Origin: an uncultured Chloroflexia bacterium
GTDB taxonomy: Bacteria; Chloroflexota; Limnocylindria; Limnocylindrales; CSP1-4
Length of the DNA: 64,000 bases
Reading direction: 5' to 3'
Assembly: GCA_963707215.1 (NCBI GenBank)
Contig: CAVPPB010000003.1
Span: forward strand, 640,001 to 704,000
Shown in pieces: positions 54,920 to 64,000 of the stretch (its first letter is position 1; each line of letters begins with the position of its first letter). Position numbers and translations under genes: made by a program. The notes beneath the pieces are model-generated. The model saw only the letters and a list, made by a program, of their open reading frames with translations. It did no database searches and was not told the DNA's origin.

Positions 54920-56584
54920 GTGGACGTCGTCCTCGTCGGGCTGTCAGGCAGTGGCAAGAGCGTCATCGGCAAGCGCCTGGCCCGCCGCGAGGGCGCCGAG
55001 TTCATCGACACGGATGAACGGATCGAGGCCCTGGCAGGGCTAGCGGTGCCGGACATCTTCGCCCGGGACGGCGAAGCCGCGTTCCGTGAGCTGGAGCGGC
55101 GGGTCGTCTCGGAGCTCGGACCCGCGTCCGCCGGACCGGACCTCGACCGCGTCATCGCCACCGGAGGAGGTGCGGTCGTCGACCCGCGCAACCGTTGGGG
55201 CCTGTACCGCCACCGCCTGGCGACCTGGATCGACACGCCGCCGGAGCGCCTCGCCAGCCGGTTGACCCGCAGCCGCCACGTCCGGCCCCTCGTCACCTCG
55301 AGCCCCGATCCGGCGGCCACGCTCGAGCGTCTCGGGCGCGATCGGGAGCGCTTCTATGCCGCGGCGATCCGGATCGACGGCGACCGCGAGCCCGGAGCCA
55401 TCGCGGACGACCTGCGCAGACGCGCACGCGCTCGCCCCGACCGCCCGGAGGTGGGCACGAGGCTGCTCGACGCTGAGACCTCGATCGGCCGGATCATCCT
55501 CGGTGACGGGATCGCCGCCGAGGCGCTGGGGACGATCCTCGACCAGCTCAGGGCCCGGCGGGCCGTCCTGGTCAGCGAGCCCGGCGCCTGGGATTCGGTC
55601 GGGACCGGGATCGCGGAGGCACTCGCCACGGGTGGCTGGGCCATCGATCGGATCATGCTGCCGCAGGGCGAGGCAGCCAAGCGTCTCGAGGTCGTCGAAG
55701 CCGCCGCCCGGGAGCTCGCCGGGCTGCGGGTCGAGCGGGGCGAGCCGCTCGTCGCGATCGGCGGCGGAGCCCTCGGCGACACGGCCGGCTTCCTGGCCGC
55801 GGTCTGGCTGCGGGGCGTCCCGATCGTCCATGTCCCGACGACGCTGGTGGCCCAGCTGGACAGCTCGATCGGAGGCAAGACAGCGGTCGACCTGCCGGCG
55901 GGAAAGAATCTCGTCGGTGCCTTCCACCAGCCGGCTGCCATCGTCATCGACGTCACGACCCTGCGATCGCTGCCCGCGCGCCAGCTCCGGGCGGCCCTCG
56001 CCGAAGCCGTCAAGATGGGCCTCCTGGGGGACGACCGGCTCCTGGAGCTCCTCGAGGTCCAGGGGCCGGCGATCGCGGCGGGCGACCCGGGCACCTTCGA
56101 TGACGGATCGGTCGCGGAGCTGGTCGAACGAGCCGCCTGGGCCAAGGTCGGGGTGGTTTCGGCCGACGAGCGCGAGGCGGCCGGACGGATCCACCTGAAC
56201 CTTGGCCATTCGATCGGCCACGGTCTGGAGGCTGCCGCCGGGTACCGCGACCTGCTCCACGGCGAGGCGGTCGCGATCGGCCTGCGGGGCGCGGCCCGTA
56301 TCGGGCTCCGGCTCGGGGTGACTCCCCCGGGCCGTCTCCATCGAGCGGAGCGGCTGCTCGATGCACTCGGCCTGGGGCTGGCGCCGCTTCCCTACCCTTC
56401 CGATGCCGTCCTCGAGGCCATGGCCAGCGACAAGAAGCACACTGGCGGGCGACTCCGCTGGGTGCTGCCGACCTCGACCGGCGTCGAAGTGCGGGCCGAC
56501 GTCCCGGACACGCTGGTCCGCGAGATCGTCGGCGACCTGCTGGCTGGTCGACCGGTCCTCGAAGCTGCCGGAGGTGGACGATGA
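54920..56584 (+). CDS. aroKB: Shikimate kinase / 3-dehydroquinate synthase fusion (AroK-AroB)
   Basis: GLSGSGKS, GEAAFR, ATGGG followed by GGG..GD, PTTLVAQLDSSIGGK, LNLGHSIGH. Confidence 0.93.
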   Translation: MDVVLVGLSGSGKSVIGKRLARREGAEFIDTDERIEALAGLAVPDIFARDGEAAFRELERRVVSELGPASAGPDLDRVIATGGGAVVDPRNRWGLYRHRLATWIDTPPERLASRLTRSRHVRPLVTSSPDPAATLERLGRDRERFYAAAIRIDGDREPGAIADDLRRRARARPDRPEVGTRLLDAETSIGRIILGDGIAAEALGTILDQLRARRAVLVSEPGAWDSVGTGIAEALATGGWAIDRIMLPQGEAAKRLEVVEAAARELAGLRVERGEPLVAIGGGALGDTAGFLAAVWLRGVPIVHVPTTLVAQLDSSIGGKTAVDLPAGKNLVGAFHQPAAIVIDVTTLRSLPARQLRAALAEAVKMGLLGDDRLLELLEVQGPAIAAGDPGTFDDGSVAELVERAAWAKVGVVSADEREAAGRIHLNLGHSIGHGLEAAAGYRDLLHGEAVAIGLRGAARIGLRLGVTPPGRLHRAERLLDALGLGLAPLPYPSDAVLEAMASDKKHTGGRLRWVLPTSTGVEVRADVPDTLVREIVGDLLAGRPVLEAAGGGR

Positions 56585-57021
56585 CCCGGGTCCTCGTCGT
56601 CGAGGGACCGAACCTCGACCTTCTCGGAACGCGCGAGCCCGAGATCTATGGGCTCCAGACGCTCGAGGAGCTCCACGCGGGGATCGCCGCCAGGGGCGGA
56701 GAGCTCGGTCTCGAGATCGACTTCTACCAGTCGAACCATGAGGGCGCGATCATCGACAGGCTCCACCGACGCGACTTCGACGTGGCGATCGTCAATGCCG
56801 GCGGGCTGACCCACACCTCGGTCTCGCTCCGGGACGCGCTGGTCGGCATCGCCATCCCGTTCTACGAGGTCCACCTGTCCGACCCGGACGCCCGCGAGGC
56901 CTTCCGGCAGGTCAACTTCCTGCGCGACGTGGCCGTGGAGACGATCACCGGACGCGGGCCGGCCGGCTACCACCTGGCCCTGGAGCGGATCGCCGAGCGG
57001 TACGGTGGCCGCGATGCCTGA
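56581..57021 (+). CDS. aroQ: Type II 3-dehydroquinate dehydratase
   Basis: GPNL.LLG.REP..YG, QSNHEG, THTS..LRDA, EVHLS. Confidence 0.95.
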   Translation: MTRVLVVEGPNLDLLGTREPEIYGLQTLEELHAGIAARGGELGLEIDFYQSNHEGAIIDRLHRRDFDVAIVNAGGLTHTSVSLRDALVGIAIPFYEVHLSDPDAREAFRQVNFLRDVAVETITGRGPAGYHLALERIAERYGGRDA

Positions 57022-57397
57022 CCGATCGAACGAGCCGAGCCCGAGATCCGCGCCACCGACCCCGGCCGAGCTCCGCCGGCTGCGCGAGCGGATCGACGAG
57101 ATCGACGCGGCGATCGTCGCCCTGCTCGACGAGCGAGCCCGGATCGCCCTGGAAGTCGGCCAGGTCAAGCAAGCCAGCGGCCGGCGAGCGGTCCGCGACG
57201 CCGCTCGAGAGACCGAGGTCATCGAGCGCGTGACCGGCGCCTCTGCCGGTCTGTTCCCCGAGCCCGAGCTGGTCGCCCTCTACCGCAAGCTCATCGCGGC
57301 GACGCGGCGGGTCCAGCACGCCCAGCGGCGGGCGGCCCGCGACTCGACCGAGCCCGGCGAGGCCGGCGAGGCCGGCGAGGCCGCGGGCCGGCCGTGA
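57014..57397 (+). CDS. Chorismate mutase (AroQ class, CM_2)
   Basis: LRERIDEID..IV.LL..R..IA..VG..K, RD..RE, terminal Q. Confidence 0.88.
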   Translation: MPDRSNEPSPRSAPPTPAELRRLRERIDEIDAAIVALLDERARIALEVGQVKQASGRRAVRDAARETEVIERVTGASAGLFPEPELVALYRKLIAATRRVQHAQRRAARDSTEPGEAGEAGEAAGRP

Positions 57398-58341
57398 GCG
57401 ACCGGCGCGACCGAGGGCCGCTCCTGCCCGATCCCGGTCGCCTGCCCGGGGCTCCGACCACCCGCTTCGCCCCGGCGCCGACCGGCCACCTGCACCTTGG
57501 GCACGTGGTCAACGCCGTCTGCACCTGGGGGATCGCGAGGGCCGCCGGTGGGTCGGTCATCCTCCGGATCGAGGACCACGATCGCCAGCGCTGCCGACCG
57601 GGGTACGAGGCGGCCCTGCTCGAGGACCTCGAGTGGCTCGGCTTCGTCGCCGACCGGCCGTCGCTCGCGGAGCTCCGCAGCGGACCCTCGGCCTACCGCC
57701 AATCCGACGACGGGGCGGTCTACGAGACCGCGGTCGAGCGGCTCCGCGCCGCCAGCCTCGTCTACGGATGTGACTGCACCCGCTCGACCTTCGCGGCCTG
57801 GGCCGCCGAGCGGGGCCACCGCTGGTCCGGGGCCGGCTGCCCGGGCGGGTGCGCCGACCGCGGCCTGGCGGAGGGTCCCGATCTCGCCCTGCGGGTCCGG
57901 CTGGGCGACGGCGCGGAGTGGTTCGACGACCTGCGGCTGGGACCGCGCGAGGACCCCGCTGCGGCGGAGGGCGATCTCGTCGTCCGCGACCGCCACGGCA
58001 ACTGGACCTACCACCTCTGCGTCGTCGTCGACGACGAGCGTCAGGGCGTCGACCTGGTCGTCCGGGGCGAGGACCTCCTCGAGGCCACCGCTCGCCAGCT
58101 CCGTCTCGGAAGACTGCTGGGTCGAGTCACCCCGCCGGCGTACCTCCACCACCCGTTGGTCCGAAAGGCGGGCGGGGCCAAGCTCTCGAAAGCCGACGGC
58201 GATACCGGCGTCCGCGAGCTGCGGGCGGCGGGCTGGAGCCCGGAGCGGGTCATCGGCGAGGCGGCAGCCGCGATCGGGCTGGTGCGGCCGGGGGTGTCGC
58301 TCCAGGCGAGCGACGCGGCCGGCCTCGTCAGCGAACGGTGA
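57394..58341 (+). CDS. gluQ: Glutamyl-Q tRNA(Asp) synthetase-like (GluRS catalytic domain only)
   Basis: RFAPAPTG.LHLGH, LRIED.D, CxC..R, YHL.VVVDD, RGEDL, KLSK; no anticodon-binding domain. Confidence 0.85.
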   Translation: MSDRRDRGPLLPDPGRLPGAPTTRFAPAPTGHLHLGHVVNAVCTWGIARAAGGSVILRIEDHDRQRCRPGYEAALLEDLEWLGFVADRPSLAELRSGPSAYRQSDDGAVYETAVERLRAASLVYGCDCTRSTFAAWAAERGHRWSGAGCPGGCADRGLAEGPDLALRVRLGDGAEWFDDLRLGPREDPAAAEGDLVVRDRHGNWTYHLCVVVDDERQGVDLVVRGEDLLEATARQLRLGRLLGRVTPPAYLHHPLVRKAGGAKLSKADGDTGVRELRAAGWSPERVIGEAAAAIGLVRPGVSLQASDAAGLVSER

Positions 58342-58365
58342 CTCGCGAGGCGGATGGGGACCGCG

Positions 58366-59184
58366 TCAGCCGGCGGTCGCCTGCCGAAGCTCCGCGGCGA
58401 GACGCCCGAACGCGGCGACATCGGTGCCCTCCGGACCCAGCGCGTCGACGAGCGCCGACGCGACGATGACCCCGTCGGCGCCGGCCCGGGCGATCGCCCG
58501 GACGTGGGCCGGCCGGCTCACCCCGAAGCCGACCCCGACCGGGACCGGCGAGACCGCCCGGACCTCGCGGACCAGCCGCCCGACCGACGGAGGAAGGCTC
58601 GACCGGGCGCCGGTCACGCCGACGAGCGAGACGCAGTACAGGAAGCCACCCGACCGGGCAGCGATCGCGTCGCGGCGGGCAGGCGGCGTGGTGGGCGCCA
58701 CGAGGTAGACCACGGCCAGTCCGGCCCGCTCGACGGCTGCCTCGAACGGACCGCCCTCGTCGGGCGTCAGGTCGGCGACGATGACCCCGCTGGCACCGGC
58801 CGCAGCCAGGTCGGCCGCCCGCGCCGCCCCGTCCCCTCCCCCGATGAGCTGGTTGGCATAACCCATCGGCACCAGCGGCACATCGGGTCGAGCGGCCGCG
58901 ATCCGGCTGAGCAGCGCCAGCGATCGCTCGAGCGTCGCCCCGGCCCGCAGGGCCCCGGCCGAGGCTCGCTGGAGGGTCGCGCCGTCGGCCAGCGGGTCCG
59001 AGTACGGCAGGCCGACCTCGAGGAGGTCCGCACCGGCGTCGATGGCGGCCAGGGCCGCCGCGTACGACGTCTCGGCGTCGGGGTAGCCGGCCACGACGTA
59101 CGGGATGAAGGCGACTCGGCCCTCCCCGCGAGCCCGTTGGAAGGCAGCCCGGATCCGGCCCGCACCGGCGGTCGCGTCCGTCAC
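58366..59184 (-). CDS. trpA: Tryptophan synthase alpha subunit
   Basis: [26 protein letters not shown]. Confidence 0.96.
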   Translation of the reverse strand: MTDATAGAGRIRAAFQRARGEGRVAFIPYVVAGYPDAETSYAAALAAIDAGADLLEVGLPYSDPLADGATLQRASAGALRAGATLERSLALLSRIAAARPDVPLVPMGYANQLIGGGDGAARAADLAAAGASGVIVADLTPDEGGPFEAAVERAGLAVVYLVAPTTPPARRDAIAARSGGFLYCVSLVGVTGARSSLPPSVGRLVREVRAVSPVPVGVGFGVSRPAHVRAIARAGADGVIVASALVDALGPEGTDVAAFGRLAAELRQATAG

Positions 59185-62071
59185 CCGGGGTCACCGACGA
59201 TCGGGCCTCGAGCCGCTTCCCACCGGGCGATGGCCGCGAGGTCCTTGTCGCCGCGACCGGACAGCCCGACGAGCACGATCGCCTCGTCCGGCCAGTCGGT
59301 GATGAATGGCGCCCACCCGGTCCGGGGTGGTCGGCCGACCCCGGCCAGCAGCCGCGGCAGGACCGCGAAGGCGTGGGCCGTCTCGAGGGCCGGCAGGATC
59401 CCCTCGGTCCGGGTCACCCAGTGGACGGCCTCCACCGCCTCGGCGTCCGTGGCCGAGGCGACCTCCAGCCGGTCGGCCGCGAAGAGGGCCGCGATCTGCG
59501 GGCCCACGCCCGGGTAGTCGAGCCCGGCCGAGAGCGAATGGGCCTCGACGACCTGGCCATCGCCATCCTGGAGCATCATCGAGCGGGCCCCATGGAGGAT
59601 GCCCGGTGACCCGCCGATGAGCGCCGCGGCGTGGCGACCGGTCGCGACGCCATCGCCGGCCGCCTCGGCGACCGACAGCCGGACCGTCGGCTCGCCGATG
59701 AACCGGCTCAACAGCCCGATGGCATTGGAACCGCCACCGACGCAGGCCAGCACGAGATCCGGCAGCCGGCCCTCGACCTCGGCCAGCTGGGCGGCCGCCT
59801 CGTCGCCGATGACCCGCTGGAGGTCGCGGACGATCGTCGGGTACGGATGCGGCCCCATCGCCGACCCGAGGACGTAGTGGGTCGTCGCGACATTGGTCAC
59901 CCAATCGCGCATGGCCTCGTTGATGGCGTCCTTGAGGGTCGCCGAGCCGCTGGTGACCGGGACGACCTCGGCGCCGAGCGAGCGCATCCGCGAGACGTTC
60001 GGTGCCTGTCGCTCGACGTCTTCCGCACCCATGTACACCACGCAGGGCAGCCCCAGGAGCGCGCAGGCGGTCGCGGTGGCGACGCCGTGCTGGCCGGCAC
60101 CGGTCTCGGCGATGACCCGCGATTTGCCGAGGCGACGGGTCAGCAGCGCCTGGCCGAGCGCGTTGTTGATCTTGTGGGCCCCGGTGTGGGCGAGATCCTC
60201 GCGCTTGAGGTAGACGCGGAGACGCCCGGGCAGCGGTCGCTCCGGCGACGCGATCCCCCGGGCCCGATCGAGCGCCTCCCCGGCCCAGCGATCGGCCCGG
60301 TAGAGCGGGGTCGGCCGGCCTGCGAAGCCGGCCAGCAGCGAGCGGAGCTCGGCCCAGAACCGCGGGTCGTGACGTACCGCCGTGTAGGCCCTCTCGAGCT
60401 GCTCGACGGCGGCGATGAGCGTCTCGGGCACGTAGCGGCCACCGAACTCGCGCTCGGCGCCCCAGCGGCCGGCCGCATCGGCCTCGAGGAGCCCTGCCGG
60501 CGTCGGCGACGGCCGAGCAGGCGCGTGGGGTCGATCCCAGCGGGCCGCCCGAGCCCGCTTGACGAAGAGCGCGACCCGGAGCGGGTCCTTGGTCGGACGG
60601 ACACCGGGCTGGCGCGGTCGCTCGACGCCGCCCGCGACGTCCACCCCGACCGCCGGCACGGCCAGCAGCGCATCGCCGACGGAGGCCGGGCCGAGGCCGC
60701 CGGCGAGGAGCAGCGGGACCCCGCGGGCGATGGCCGCCGCGACGGCCGGGTGGACGCGCCGGCCGGTACCGCCGGGGTGCGGGCCGCCCGACGCGTCGAG
60801 GAGGATCCGCTCGGCCCCGGCGGCCAGCCAGACGGAGGCCTCGTCCAGGATCGGCCCGACGTCCTCGGGTGTCGTTGCGACCGGCACGCGGATCGCCCGC
60901 CAGACCGGCCGGTCGATCTCGCCGACCCCCCCGGCGATTCGTCGCCGTGGAGCTGGATGGCGTCCGGATCCACGGCGACGATGATCCGCCGCAGGGTCGC
61001 GGTGTCGGCGTCGACCGTGACGGCCACGATCGCCGGCCGGCGACCCGGCGCCGCCGCGGCCCGGACGGTGGCAGCCAGCTCGGCGGCCTCGCTAACCTCC
61101 AGGCAGCGTGGCGTCCCGGGGGCGAAGTTCAGCCCGATGGCGTCTGCACCGGCTCGGACGGCAGCGAGGGCACCGACCTCGTCGGTGACCGCGCAGATCT
61201 TGACGAACGGCGTGCGGTCGGCGGCTGCCGGGTCGGGTGGGACACGGCCGGCCGCGACGAAGGTGGCGGCGGCGGCCCGCGGGTCGGGTGCCCGCATGAG
61301 GGCCTCGCCGACGAGCGCCGCGTCGTACCCGACGGCCCGCCAGCCGGCGATCGTGGCCGCATCGCGCACACCCGACTCGGCGATGGCGAGCCGGTCACCC
61401 GGGATCGCCTCGCGCAGGCGGACGGCCCGCTCCGGGTCCACGTCGAGCGTCCGCAGGTCGCGGGAGTTGATCCCGATGAGCCGCGCCCCGGTCGCCAGCG
61501 CCCGATCCAGCTCGCGGGCGTCGTGCGCCTCGACGAGCGGCTCGAGCCCGAGGTCCAGGGCGGCCTGGACCAGGCCGGCGAGGCGACGGGCCGGGTGCAG
61601 GACGGCGAGGAGCAGCACGAGATCCGCCCCGGCGGCCCGGAGCAGTGGCAGCTGGCGCGGGTCGACCACGAACTCCTTCGCCAGGACCGGGATCGAGACC
61701 GCCGCGCGAACGGCAGCCAGGTCCTCGACCGAGCCACCGAACCAGTGCGGCTCGCAGAGCACCGAGATGGCCGCGGCGCCGCCGGCCTGGTAGGCGCGGG
61801 CACGGGCGATCGGGTCGTCCGTCGCGGCGATCGCACCGGCGCTCGGCGAGGCGCGCTTGATCTCGGCGATGAGATGGAGACCGGGTTCCGCCAGCCGCTG
61901 GGCGACGGGCCGCGGCGCCGGGGCCTGCGCCGCCAGCTGCCCGAGCTCGCGGCTCGACCTCCCGGCGATCAGGGTGTCGAGATCGGCGGCCCGCCGCGCG
62001 GCGATCTCGTGGACGACGCCGGCCCGCCGACCGTCGACCCGGCCAGGACGACGACCGGGCCCGGCCGTCAT
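59181..62071 (-). CDS. trpB: Probable TrpC-TrpF-TrpB fusion (frameshift in G7 run at 60926-60932)
   Basis: [10 protein letters not shown] (TrpC) in frame with VKIC...QLHG (TrpF N-half); LLD..GGTG, LAGGL, GVDV (TrpF C-half) in frame with [17 protein letters not shown] (TrpB). Confidence 0.85.
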
Positions 62072-63129
62072 GACGTTCCTCCGGCCGCCGTATCGGTCTC
62101 CGCAGCCCGCCGATCCGCGTCCCGGCGCTCCTCGCGCAGGCGCGCCAGGAGCCGGACAGGAGCGCCGGCATCGATGGCATCCACACCACGCGCGACGCCG
62201 CCGGCCAGGTCGTCGGCGACCCCGGCCGCGACGAATGCAGCCGCCGCGTTGAGCAGGACGGCATCGCGGTGCGGCCCCGTCGACCCGGTCAGGACGGCCT
62301 CCAGGCGGTCCGCGTTCTCCTCCGGACCGCCCCCGGCCAGGTCGGCGACCGACGACCGGCCCAGCCTGAGGGTCGAGGGGTCCACCGGGTACGTCTCGAT
62401 GCCGCCCGGGCGGACGTCGTGGACCATGCCGGACCCGTCGAGCGGCAGCTCGTCGACCCTGTCGCCGTGGACGACGAGCGTACGCTCGGTGCCGAGCCGT
62501 GCGGCGACCTCGGCCAGGCTGCCGGCGACCCGCGCGTCCCCCACTCCGAGCACCTGCCGGCGGACCCCGGCCGGGTTCGTCAGCGGCCCCAGCAGGTTGA
62601 AGGCGGTCCGGATCCCGAGCTCACGGCGGGTGGGGCCGGCGTGGCGCATCGCCGGGTGGAAGGCCGGCGCGAAGAGGAAGGCGAAGCCCGTATCGGCGAG
62701 CGCGGCCGCTGCCGAGTCGGGATCGTGATCGATCCGGACCCCCAGCGCATCCAGCACGTCCGCCGACCCCGAACGCGAGGTGATCGCCCGGTTGCCGTGC
62801 TTGGCGACGGGGATGCCGGCGGACGCCACCACCAGCGCCGCGGCCGTCGAGATGTTGATCGTGCCCGAGCGATCGCCGCCCGTCCCGACGACGTCGATGG
62901 CACCATCCGGGGCGATCACCCGCAGGACCCGGTCCCGCATCGCCCCGGCGAACCCGGCCAGCTCGTCGACCGTCTCGCCCCGCATCCGTAGCGCCACCAG
63001 CAGGGCAGCCAGCTGGGCCGGCGTGGCCTCGCCGTCCATGACCGCGCCCATCGCCGCGCGGGCCTCGTCCTGGGTCAGGCTGGTGCCGTCGACGACGATC
63101 GCCAGCGCCTCGCGGACGACGTCGCTCAT
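62068..63129 (-). CDS. trpD: Anthranilate phosphoribosyltransferase
   Basis: GTGGD, NIST, KHGN, GSADVL, FNLLGPL.NP. Confidence 0.96.
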   Translation of the reverse strand: MSDVVREALAIVVDGTSLTQDEARAAMGAVMDGEATPAQLAALLVALRMRGETVDELAGFAGAMRDRVLRVIAPDGAIDVVGTGGDRSGTINISTAAALVVASAGIPVAKHGNRAITSRSGSADVLDALGVRIDHDPDSAAAALADTGFAFLFAPAFHPAMRHAGPTRRELGIRTAFNLLGPLTNPAGVRRQVLGVGDARVAGSLAEVAARLGTERTLVVHGDRVDELPLDGSGMVHDVRPGGIETYPVDPSTLRLGRSSVADLAGGGPEENADRLEAVLTGSTGPHRDAVLLNAAAAFVAAGVADDLAGGVARGVDAIDAGAPVRLLARLREERRDADRRAAETDTAAGGTS

Positions 63130-63797
63130 CGGCCGGCCTCCGCTGCCTCGAGCCCGCGGGTCGCGAACGAACCGCTGGCCGCGTCCAGCGTCGCGGCCTC
63201 GCCGTCGCCGGCCTGGCGGAGGAAGTTGGCCAGCAGGTGGGGCCCATCCGGGGTGAGGACCGACTCCGGGTGGAACTGGACGCCCTCGAGCGGCAGGTCG
63301 ACGTGGCGGATACCCATGACGACGCGGTCCTCCTCGCTCATCGCGGTGACCCGGAACTCTTCGGGGAGGGTCGCCGGGTCCACGCAGAGGGAGTGGTAGC
63401 GGGCGGCCTGGAAGGCCGGGGGCATCCCGGCCAGCAGACCGGCCCCATCGTGGGTGACCTCCGAGGCCTCGCCGTGGACGAGGGTCGGGGCCCGCTCGAT
63501 CGTGGCCCCGTAGGCGGCCGCCATCGCCTGCATGCCCAGGCAGACCCCCAGGACCGGGATCCGCCGCTCGGCGGCGACGCGGACGGCCTCGATCGAGACG
63601 CCAGCTCCCCGGGGATCGCCGGGGCCTGGCGAGATGACGATCCCCCGGAGGCCGGCCTGCGGATCGTCGGCCAGCGCCTCGACGCCGGCCCGGTCGATCG
63701 CGTCGTTGCGGACGACCCGAACCTCTGCCCCGGCCGCCTCGAGCGCCTGGACCAGGTTGAAGGTGAAGCTGTCGTAGTTGTCGACGACGAGGATCAC
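63126..63797 (-). CDS. trpG: Anthranilate synthase component II (glutamine amidotransferase)
   Basis: DNYDSFT, SPGPG, GVCLG, RYHSL, QFHPES. Confidence 0.96.
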   Translation of the reverse strand: MILVVDNYDSFTFNLVQALEAAGAEVRVVRNDAIDRAGVEALADDPQAGLRGIVISPGPGDPRGAGVSIEAVRVAAERRIPVLGVCLGMQAMAAAYGATIERAPTLVHGEASEVTHDGAGLLAGMPPAFQAARYHSLCVDPATLPEEFRVTAMSEEDRVVMGIRHVDLPLEGVQFHPESVLTPDGPHLLANFLRQAGDGEAATLDAASGSFATRGLEAAEAGR

Positions 63798-64000
63798 GTC
63801 GCGTCACCTTCGGCCGACGGCGGGGACTCCTGCTCGTCGGCGGTCGTGCCCCCTCGAGGGCGGACGGCGCCGACCTCGGCAGCCAGCTCGATGGCCCGGC
63901 GCAGCGCGGCGGCCTTGTGCTCGGTCTCCTCGAACTCGAGCTCGGGCACGCTGCCCTTGACGATGCCCGCGCCGGTGTGGACGTGGACCCGGTCGCCGCG
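63794..64000 (-). CDS. trpE: Anthranilate synthase component I, C-terminal part (truncated by window)
   Basis: Manual translation ...HTGAGIVKGSVPELEFEETEHKAAAL...; TGA overlaps trpG GTG. Confidence 0.85.
   Translation of the reverse strand, partial: RGDRVHVHTGAGIVKGSVPELEFEETEHKAAALRRAIELAAEVGAVRPRGGTTADEQESPPSAEGDAT

Overview
This is a high-GC, mostly core-chromosome window. The 16S and gene content point to Chloroflexota, plausibly Limnocylindria/Ellin6529-like; this is inference, as no database search was run. Left to right it holds: (1) rplA-rplK-nusG-secE-tRNA-Trp-rpmG-tuf-2x tRNA-Thr; (2) rlmB-cysS-ispDF-PIN/TRAM-radA-clpC; (3) rpsA with a large acidic tandem-repeat tail, and an Fpg/Nei glycosylase; (4) a complete 16S-Ile-Ala-23S-5S operon with tandem promoters; (5) recR-ybaB-dnaX-large SRP RNA-2x tRNA-Ser-tadA-like; (6) pfkA and transporters; (7) a ~17 kb catabolic cluster with two divergent hydantoinase/oxoprolinase A/B pairs, a C45 amidase, 2 SDRs, a CE4/PuuE-like hydrolase, a Liv-type ABC transporter and an LLM-monooxygenase remnant; (8) tRNA-Arg/tRNA-Ser; (9) a full shikimate operon converging on a trp operon. 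About ten single-base frameshifts in housekeeping genes indicate an unpolished long-read assembly. The most notable observations are four. The TadA homolog has its catalytic HAE changed to HAV, as in eukaryotic ADAT3/Tad3, and the tRNA-Arg has a GCG rather than ACG anticodon. An unannotated Tyr/Phe-rich leader peptide (MAYCFYFPSPA) with a terminator precedes the aro operon. An ~83-nt 23S insertion contains tRNA D-arm- and T-loop-like motifs. A TrpC-TrpF-TrpB triple fusion is probable.
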